DNA of 63,112 bases, the filler included, from Intoshia linei (lineage: Eukaryota > Animalia > Orthonectida): NCBI GenBank assembly GCA_001642005.1. It is 6 parts of 6 records of this genome, joined end to end, with 100 filler letters (N's around TTAATTAATTAA, not from the genome) between each part and the next. Parts side by side here need not be neighbours in the genome. Positions count along the whole stretch, not along the records: positions 8,284 to 15,394 come from LWCA01001596.1; positions 15,495 to 43,519 come from LWCA01000422.1; 4 more parts are not named here. The stretch is one strand, 5' to 3'. Each line of letters starts with the position of its first letter. Position 1 is the first letter of the stretch. A model generated the notes under the pieces. The model was not told where the DNA came from. It was given only the letters and a program-made list of their open reading frames with translations, and did no database searches. The translations under genes and the position numbers were made by a program. Positions 14,173 through 24,169 of the stretch are shown in pieces.

Positions 14173-14870
14173 TTAATTGGTCTTTCTTTTGATATATTCT
14201 GTAAAATCTGGACATTTAATTAACTTAACAAGTAGTTTTGAAAGAACTAATAATGCAATGTCATTTGTATTTCCCATAAAAGCTTTTATATTTATTAAAT
14301 TGTATGGCTACCATAAATATTATTTTGATAATTTAAGATATACCTGCAAAAGGCCACATAGACGGGTATCGTCTACTAAGATGGTTTTTTTTAAATTAAG
14401 ATTTAGTTTTGATAAATCTTTAATGGGTATTGCTCCATTTGCACAATAATCGCAATCGCTACGAGAAAAAATGGCCTGGAATATAACACCTTCTGGATCA
14501 ATCTTTTCAGCTAATGAATGTACGTAATTCTCTCTTCCATGAGAAAACAATACAATATTGTACAATTTGGACATTTCTTGCAAGAATTCATCCAAATATG
14601 GTCTATAAGTTATCAATATTCCATTTAATTTTTTTTTTGTATACAATAATGTTTTATCCATGTCCAATACTAGGGTAGGTTTAGCGTTTTTTTTATTAGC
14701 AAGTCTAGATTTTAATTAATTTATGAATTTTAAATTTGTTTACCTTCCGAGTCTTATTTTCCTCAGATCGTATCCTATGAATTTAAATAAATAAATCCAT
14801 ATATATTTAACGTTGAAAATTTTTGATAGTTTTTGTACTACACGTATAATCAGCATTATTTTCTGGAAAC
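14173..14870 (-). CDS. FCP/SCP (NIF/CTD small phosphatase-like) HAD phosphatase; 5' end uncertain
   Basis: KPTLVLDMDKTLL (DxDxT), YRPYLDEFL..YNIVLFS..YV...IDP..F..IFSRSDC, IKDLSKL..LKKTILVDD, final exon QPYNLINIKAFMGNTNDIALL..KTN*. Confidence 0.82.
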
Positions 14871-15942
14871 TTTTATGAATGTTTATTTAAAATTATGATA
14901 ATTATGTAAATAAATGTTTCTAAATAAACCATTCAACAAAATGATTACGTTCTAATTCAAAACAACAATTATACGTGACGTAGCTGCTATGGTATATTTC
15001 AAGCCGAGATTAGGATTTAATAACTAGAATTTTTATTTTCATTAATCTTAATATTGTAACAACCGGAAATAATCTTCAACTTATAAAATAAGCAAAGAAT
15101 ATAATTTATAAATAATTTTTTTTTAAATATAATTAGGGTAAGCCACTTTAACGAAAGTCTAATTTTGCTACTTTTTATTTGAAAAATTTAATTTTTTATC
15201 ATAATTTAAATTACACAATCATTGCATACACACAGCAAAAGAAAAATAATTTTTTGGACATTTTTTTTGTTTTAGAGCAGTGAACGGCAATCTATGACCA
15301 CCTGGTCAAATCCTAATTGAAAATTATATTAAGCTACAATATATCTATTTATCTCTTCTAAATCTATAATATTGTAATATAATCTAGTTTATATNNNNNN
15401 NNNNNNNNNNNNNNNNNNNNNNNNNNNNNNNNNNNNNNTTAATTAATTAANNNNNNNNNNNNNNNNNNNNNNNNNNNNNNNNNNNNNNNNNNNNACAGGG
15501 GTTTTTGACCCTTAAGATGTGAAATTGGGAGGTTGAAATTTATCTTATATACGTCCCGGAAAAAACTGTAATTGAAATGTAGTTTTTAAAAAATTTTAAG
15601 AGTGCTAGTTATTTCAATAAAGTAGGACACACACAAACAAAAATCGCGTCGCATTTTATATAAATTAGGATACTTTAAAATACATAATTGTTGTTTTGTA
15701 TATAATATATTAACTTTTCATCTAAATCGCTAACCGCTTTGTCAGTATAACTATATTGAATTTTGAACTAAATATAAAATTAAAAATGTAAATTTAAGAG
15801 AAATTTACAAATGAACAAACACTATCTACAAAATGAAAGAGATTATCCCTGTATTTTGATTTATCAGACATAAATTATACAATATATTTGAATTTACAAG
15901 TATTAAAAAACTTTATTAGTGTCTATACAAAAGGTAAATATT

Positions 15943-18260
15943 CTAATCTGAATCCTGGTTATTTTCCAAAATTCTACAATCAGTTTTAGCACTAGTTGTC
16001 CATTTAAAATAAGATTTTCGAAATTTTTTAATAAAAGAATCAATTTCTTGAGTAGTTTGACCAATGGCAGCAGCAACAGTAACGTAGCTATAAGGATAAT
16101 TGTTACAATGAGACCCATAACCCAGAAAAAAGGTGTTTTCAATTTTTTTGGTGGATTTTTTATCTATTACTCTAAAATTAAAATAAAAAGATTTTCATTT
16201 ATATAAAACCTTACTCCCGTTACATTACAATTATATAAGTATCCACCAAGCTCCGTAACATTTTTAGATGTATTCTTAGTAGTAATGGTCATAGCCATTG
16301 AAATAGAATTGTGTGGGATTTCTAAGAGTTTTTCTCCAAAATCTTGGGCAACATTTTGAATAGCTTGATGAAGATATGTATACATTTGTTTTCTATTTTT
16401 TAACAATTCCAAATATTTTTGAACCCCCATTTCCAACAATGTGATACATAAATGAATAGAAGGAGTATTTGAAGCACGCCCTAAATAAATATTATACAAT
16501 ATTTTGTACGAGTAACCAACATATGCTGAAGATATTTCATTTACCAGTTTTTTTGAAAACCCAGCAATAATTGAACCACCAACAGGAATCATTAAATTCT
16601 TGTCGCAACTTTGCACGAAGACATCAATTCGACCTGTTCTATTACCCTGTATAAATTATAGTTAAGTTTTTTTTATTTACCGTCTCAATTAAATGACAAC
16701 ATTTACTACTCTGCAAACCGTAAGCGTTATTTACCATGTGGAAAAGTTCATATTCTTGGCAAATTTTAGCAATCGTGTCAATCCTAAAAAATTACTAATT
16801 GTTATAAAGTATGTACCTATCGTGTGCCCTCGGAGAAAAACAACTAGTGGTGCTTATTATACATAATATGTTATCTTTTCCAAGATTCTCCTGTCAATTA
16901 TAAAATATAAATAATAGAAATGTTACAATCTCGTGCTTTATTTGTGGTATATTTGTTCTCAATTCATCGTCCACTAATTCGTTCTCAATGATAATTGGAA
17001 TTAAACCTAAAGTGGTGTTACCTTTGATAAAAGTGCTTAGTTAATTCATTAAAATTTGGAATAATACAAGTAACCACATATTAAGAATAGATAGGGTTAA
17101 TAGTGATTTCATAAGATTTGAAATAATTTTTATTACTAAAGAAATGTATCTGGATTTAGGTAGGATACCTAAGGGTAGGTAAGGAATAGGAACCACACTA
17201 AATAAGTTACCTGTAACTAATTATCAGAATGAGTATCGTCATCAAGCATTATACGTTACCAATTTTCCTAAGGACATTTTAAAGCAAAAATAATTATCAA
17301 CTGGGTTATCACTATATGCCACCGGAATGAATGCGGGCACGGAATTAATTTATTAATCTCTTTTAATTATGGATAATTGATTTATTATCATTAAAAATAA
17401 TTAACCATTAACGGAACGTTTATACCCCAAAGGATAAAGATGAACATATGTACAATTAAATATTTTTATAAATATTAACAAGATTAATGACCTAACATCT
17501 GACCATTATAAAAAATTAAAACATTTTTTGCTATCCTGTTATTTTTTGTATATTTTACTCTATTTATCAGAATAAAACATAATAAATACGAGCGACACCA
17601 ACAATAATTATTGTTTAATTATAATCATTTCATTTATTACCTGCATTTACTATACATTTAAAACAAGATTTTTGGTCTATTCTGGACCAAATACAATATT
17701 TTGCATGAGTTTTCATTTTTTTAAAGGAAAGCAAAACAAGCATCATTGACATACCCGTCGCCATTGGACACACAAAGCAAGTTTTGCAGGATTTTATTCC
17801 TAATTAAATATGAATAATATTAACCATATAACTTACCTGACAAACGAATTAAATTCAAAATTAATTTATTGCATAATTTTGATAGTACAGAAGATCCCAG
17901 AGCTTTAGGTTGTATTGCTGTAAGATCACCAGATCTGCCCATTCCATGTGCAAACCCATAACTAACATTTTCTATCAAACTTGAATACACCCTACCTTCT
18001 CGTTCTCCCAATCCAGGTCCATCAATGTTGTTGCATTCAAACAAACTTAATAAATACAGAAAATAATTAATTTGAATTTTTGACCAACCCTTTTCCGGGA
18101 TTTTACCCTTAAAATAATTTACATAATTATATAAGATATTTAGTACAGTTTCCAATAAAATCTTTAAATCTTTTTTTATTTTTTGGTTTTGGTCTACAAA
18201 TCTATTTTTATAAGCACTAGGAAGGTATTGGGATAAACTATTCAATATGTCATTGTCCAT
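15943..18260 (-). CDS. SEPSECS: O-phosphoseryl-tRNA(Sec) selenium transferase
   Basis: GLGEREGRV..GFAHGMGRSGDLTAIQPKALGSS, PMATGMS, IWSRIDQKSCFK, STTSCFSPRAHD, HMVNNAYGLQS, PLP-lysine motif VQSCDKNLMIPVGG, GSHCNNYPYSYVTVAAAIG. Confidence 0.96.
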
Positions 18261-18331
18261 TCTTCATTTTTGTAATTCAATAAAAATATATTTAAATCAT
18301 CTCTATGGTATATTATATAATATAACGCGCA

Positions 18332-20012
18332 ATGGAAGACATTGCCATTTTAAAGGTTGAAGAGAATTTTAATATAGCCATTCAAAACTTGAATAATAAT
18401 ATGAATTTATACAACAAAATAGAAGATAATGAAGCTATCAAAAATGGTAATATTTTACTCAGTTGATATATTAACTTTGTCATGTTCTGTTTATACATTT
18501 AGATTTTAAAAATATTTTAAATACTACAAGAACGCAGGAAAATCTACTAATCTTATCACAAAGTAGACAAAAAAGTGCAAAGGATCTTATAGGATCTATA
18601 AAAAATACTATGGAAAAACACAATAATTTTAATGGACAATTGAATCAGATAAAGGAAAATGAAGAAAAGACAGTTAAATATGAAAAAAGAATAGCGTATG
18701 TTTAATAATTTTTTCAAGATTAAGATAATTGATTATCTTGTGCAGAGCCGAACCGATTAAACTCGAGGTCTCCCGAAAAGGAAAAATAGGCCCTAAAAAG
18801 AATTAGCAAACGATTCGTAGTCATATTGACTCTAATCACATCGCCAAGAGTCTAACTTGACAATTTAAATTTATCATGCAAAATAGTTATGCTGTTCACA
18901 ATGTCAATAATATATTTTTTTAATTGCTCAATTTTGAAAACTGAGTTCCTATTTTACAATAATTTAATTAAACCCCAAGAGGTATCTAACTACGGTAGGT
19001 TCGGTTTTAATCTTGTGTATCGGTTACGAACACGCATCGATCATATATTAATTTAGTACATTATTTTACAACTTTAACAATTTGATAAAATTTTTAAATG
19101 CATTCCAATGTGATTAGAAATTCTAATTTGGAATTTACCGTAAACAAACCTTTTAAATAATACAGAGTACAATGAAAAATTTTTGACATATTACCGATGT
19201 TTATTTTATTTAACTGTTAAATGACAAGTCTCAAAAATAATATAAATTATCCATACAAACTACATGTATTGACAACTCACTAAAATGTTGTTAATTAATT
19301 CCATATTAAATTTTATTGTTTGATGCAATTCACTAAATATTTATACGTGAAATCTGTATATTTCTGGTTACAAAGTATTGGAAATAAAATTTTACATCCA
19401 TTATCTGAAAAAATCGGATTGAACACGGGATGATTTTTCAGGATTGATATTAATGAACAAACTATATTTACTTTCCACCTCTAAATTTTGCTTTGTATTT
19501 TTTAAAAATTAATGACTATTGTCTTTTCTCGATTATAAGCAGACCCCTGAAATACAAATTTTCAGTGAAAATTTTAACTAAATAAAATTTGAATATAAGC
19601 AGTTTCTGCTTGTATTCGAAAGAAGCAACTTTAAACAAAAAATAGACAACATATTAATTTATTTCTAAAAAAATAACTTCCTTCAGACAATAGAATGTCT
19701 AATTTATAAGTTTATACTAATTAGAAAAAAACTTAGTGTATTTTTTCTATTTTTCAAGGTCTGCTTGTTTTTGATTATAAGCATTTTTTTTTCTACTCTC
19801 GAATATTAGAAGACTTCTTATAATCGAAAAAAGACAGTAGTCATTGTTAATTAAACAAATTTAGAGGAGAATACGAACTTTACAAAATGATATTCAACGC
19901 GATTATTAATGATGATTATGTAACTATACATCATAAAACCAAAGAATTAAAAATTAATAAAGATATGTCTCCCCACGAATTTTGGAATAATGTTAAGGAA
20001 TTGTATGAATAA
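18332..20012 (+). CDS. 151-aa coiled-coil protein, possible SPC24-like kinetochore subunit
   Basis: Three phase-compatible exons (18332-18446, 18503-18695, 19865-20012). N-terminal coiled coil, then ELYKMIFNAII..TIHHKTKELKINKDMSPHEFWNNV, reminiscent of the SPC24 C-terminal RWD half. The gene is fairly likely; its identity is weak. Confidence 0.5.
19511..19845. mobile_element. MITE with ~29-bp terminal inverted repeats (Tc2/pogo-like), intronic
   Basis: AATGACTATTGTCTTTTCTCGATTATAAG at 19511 vs CTTATAATCGAAAAAAGACAGTAGTCATT ending 19845; internal ATAAGC sub-repeats. Confidence 0.7.
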
Positions 20013-20036
20013 ATCATTTATTTATGTTAAATTATA

Positions 20037-22697
20037 TTAATCGTCTACAAGGAATAGTCTTTTTATTTGTTGAGGTATTTGCGGTTTTGTTTTCGGATAA
20101 CCTTCCTTTGACAACAAATTATCAATTTTGTTTATTTTTGTCATTATTTCAAACATTGAATGTGACCATTTATCCAATATCTACAATTAATATTAATTTA
20201 ATATATATAGAGGTGGTTCCCGATTCAAATAGTGTATGAACCCCATTTCAAAATATTTTGGACCCCAAATGAAATTAATAAAAAAAATTTGATAAAGTCG
20301 TGTTTTTCAAAAAAATATTGGAAAAAGTAGATTTTCCATTAAGTGTTAGTAAAATTTGGTTTTTATTTTGGATTTCTTGTTAAGAAGTTGTTGATCATTA
20401 GATTTAGTAAAAAGAGTTGATAAAATTTACAAAAAAATATCGGAAAAGTCGATCTTCCCTGAGGCTTTGAAATTGTAAATTTTATTAATGGTGGGATAAA
20501 AATGGGGTTTTTGAAATATGTAGCGGTCGTCTAGGTTTTGGGATAAATTCTCAAAATTTGGAAACTAATAAATATTAAAAATTCTTCTATAAAAATAAAT
20601 AAAAGTTGATAAAAATTTTTTTTATTTTGTATTTGAATCTCACGGATCCCAATTCGAAATCAGATAATATAAATGTAATAATAATTGCCTGTGTTTCGTT
20701 AGTTTTTTTTCTAAAATCTACAAAGCCTATTACTCGGTTTATTTTAGCAACTAAAACTCCATTTGTGACTAGATTTGCTATTGCAGATTCAGCCTCCTAA
20801 AAAAATATACGGATGAATAATTTTATTAAACGTCAATATCAATTTTAAGTAATTTTTCCATCTTTGAAAACCGAATTCTGTTGTAATACATAGCTATAAC
20901 ACGAATATCCTATAATATAATGTATAAAATGTATTTTTTCATACATGGTCAATAACTCTGCATCTAAAATTCATCAAACAATCTATTCCAAGCTGTTTGT
21001 CATTTACAAATAGAGGGAAAACTTCGAATTCTTTTAAAATTTGATCCTTTACAACTTCCCATTTGATCAATTTTGAACCAATAAACATATTAACTAATTC
21101 TCTAAAATTTTTAAATTACAATTTAATAATTAATATTAACATAAGAGTACATTAAACATTATAATAAAAATTTACTAATTTAAAGATAAGGGTAAATAGT
21201 TGTATATGTGGTCTATTTTTGAAATTAATAATAATCGATTAATACATCTTACGAGGTCCAAGCGCTTAAGACTATGGCTTTTGTAAAAATTGAAAATTAT
21301 TAGCATTTCTATATTTTTCAACATAATACATAATTTTAACACATTTTAAATTTAACATATATGAATTCAAAGAATTATAGGGTCGTGTTAAAGTGATACA
21401 AACCTAGCTTTTAATTGAAAATAAAAACTTTTTAAAAAGCTTAAATCAAAATTGGTCGTCGATTTCATCTAATAATTATTAGGTATCTCGATTTATACTA
21501 ACTGTACATTTATTATTATTTCATTATTTTATTCATCATCTAAGGTCGATAAAGTAAAAAAATAATGAATATAATTATGATGTACAAAGTAACCATCACC
21601 CTAAAAAATTGTTACTTGTAAATAGAAATATCATCCAAAGGTTTGTCATTCCTAATTTGATTTAGTAAAATATTGTATTCTTCGTTGTAATCGGATAACA
21701 ATATAAAAATTACGATTGCTTTAATAATCTGCATAAATTTATAAATAATTAAAAATAAAAAATACATGAATTCTGTCGGATTCGCTGTCGACAATTTTTT
21801 TTGTATTATACAGTTCTATAAAATTTTTGCAAACATCAATGTACTTTTTATCATGCAAACATATGGTATTCAACTGAGTGTAATAACGAATTTTTTCATC
21901 CTAAATTGATTCCCATAAATTAAATAATTGTATTAGTCTATACATCAGTGTCTGGTTTTTCAAAGTATTTACAATTAATTTTTTTACTGATAATTTGTGT
22001 CCGAACATAATCTTTTTGTAAGAGAGATAGTCTCATTTGCTCCAAAATAATGGCAACCTTTTCAGAAATTTCCATTGATCCATAAGTTTCCACCTGCATG
22101 TCCAATATAATTTCTGTTGCCTCTGATAAATTGTTTTCGTTTTCACAAATTTTTGACAATTTTACACCTAATCGAGCCCTCTCTACTTCAACGTAGATTT
22201 TACCCTGTGATATTTTTCGGATGCATTGAAGTAATTCGATTGAAATTTTAGGATCAACAGATTCTAATTCGTCAACTAATATTATGGTAGCGTTCACCAT
22301 TTTTTTTATAGACTAATAAAATAAAATTATGTAAAAATACACTTACTTCTCTCATTTGACCGTATTTTTTACTCAGCACAACAAGAGAGGTCATAAGTTT
22401 TTCCCATTTCTTGTATTCTTTGCAGAGATCAATTATAGTTAATATCACTTTACTGTTTGATGCAATGTCACCACCCTATTACAAATTATTTTAGTATGTT
22501 ATTTTGAAACCGTTCGGCATTGTTTTTCCAAAATAAAAAGCATTTCCATCGCGTCATCAAACTTGTTCTCCTATGGAATATTTAAACAAATAAAGTGATT
22601 AACTTACTTTTGCTAATTCAATAGCCTTTGGTATTCTTGTATCAACTTCATCCGTTTGTAATTTAATTTCTGATAAAAGTCTTATTTCTTCATACAT
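20037..22697 (-). CDS. PSMD12: 26S proteasome lid subunit RPN5/PSMD12
   Basis: LEKQCRT|GGD, GKIYVEVERARL, MQVETYGSMEISEKV..ILEQMRL..DYVRTQIISKKIN, RVIDH|DIRVIAMYYNRI, VAKINRVIGFVDF, ILDKWS. Confidence 0.96.
20210..20665. repeat. Dispersed non-autonomous element (copy at about 58350-58918; fragments at 30990-31060, 43620-43800, 56150-56420)
   Basis: Shared blocks ATTAATGGTGGGATAAAA..GGTCGTCTAG..TTGAATCTCAC.GA.CCCA and repeated TTGGTAAAA/TTTTACCAA units. The 58.9-kb copy ends in a hAT-like TTGGGAATCACTG. Confidence 0.7.
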
Positions 22698-23569
22698 TTT
22701 AAAATATATATGACAATAAGAGGAATAACGCGACAATAACCTTTATTATCAATCTAATGTATTTATTTTTATGTTCATTTTAATTTTCTAATCAAAAATT
22801 TTGTATACATTTTGAGTCAAAATGTAATGCAATTTGCAATAAGTTAGATCCGAATCTACCAAACTCGAAGCCATAAAAAAAACTTCGCAAACATATATAA
22901 ACAAAATGGTAGTGTCATATAGGGAAAAATCTCCTCTTTCAAATATTTTATTTGAAAACACAATTTTACCAAATCTTATGAGAAAAAATCATTTATTTAT
23001 CCATAAATGTTATATGTATTTTTTGGGGTCCAAAAAAATAAATATTTTAAAAAAAAGGTCAGTACTAATGTTTTCAACTTTCCTTTATTACTTTATGTAA
23101 AATAGTTTAAAATATTGATCTGTTTATCTATTTGTTCCAGTTTATTTAAGAAAGTAAGGGGAGTCGAGTTTTACAAATTCCATATTCTTATAACAATTTT
23201 TCCAGAATAAAGTTTTATCGCAAATTTCAATTTCAGAAATTGAGTCCTTCAAAGTTAAAATCCCAATTGTCCTTTGTTTTTAAATTCAAACCCGTATTAG
23301 AATTATAAAAATTACACATTCTAATAAAAAGTTTTAAATTCATCAATATTATGATAATTTTAAAATTCAAAATCTTATATCTTCACGGCCAAAATCCCAA
23401 ATTACCTTTTTTTTGTAAAAATTAAGAAAGTCTTATAATTGTATTCAACATAACTTCTAGGATGGTTTTTAAATTCATAAACATTATCATAAATAATAAC
23501 TTCAAAAAAGTTAATTTTCAGTCAAAAACCCAGATTACCTTTTTTTAAATGTTTAAATTAAAAGGTAAT

Positions 23570-23745
23570 GTGATATGACGGTTTCACGTGAAACAAATTC
23601 AGGAACCACTCATTTAAAGGTTGATAATAGTGAATAGTAGCATTTTTAGGATAGACTTTATTATTGAATTTATTATTTTGGTAGAACAAAAGTGTGCCCT
23701 CGGCAGAGCTAGATGCTGTTTGTACGTAATACATAAGTCAACTAT
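23570..23745. repeat. Dispersed composite repeat with core TGTGCCCTCGGCAGAGCTAG.TGCTGTTTGTACGTA.TACATAA (inverted copy ~4735-4915; partial copies ~31330-31395, 34075-34120, 48370-48430)
   Basis: Direct visual alignment of five copies across three contigs. Confidence 0.75.
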
Positions 23746-24169
23746 AGTTTATAAATATAATAAATAATTATAAATTGTAATGCATTATTTTAATTCCCCC
23801 CGGTAGAGTTGCACATTATATAATTTCATTTTTTGGGGAATTAAAAATTTTTAGGTACAAAAAATAAAATTTATAGGTCAAAAACAAACTTTCTCGGGTG
23901 ATATATGACAGAGGTAATAAAATGGTAATTTTATTCAACCGTCGATAAATGGAATTATTATCTAAAAGGAGTAATCATGCAGTATTTTAAGTTTTATCAA
24001 GATGAAATTTACATGTCACCAATTTTTGGATTCAAAAAGTATTTCCACTTGCGATTAAGCTTCAAATTTTGTATTTTATTTTGATAAACGAAATGCCCAG
24101 AATTCAAAAAATGTGTTTTATGAATTTTTATTTACATGATTTATGATTAATTCCAATAAAATAAAATAT

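Noticed and set aside
23693-23712. GTGCCCTCGGCAG resembles the U6 snRNA 5' stem
   Set aside because: No ACAGAGA box or other U6 elements follow.
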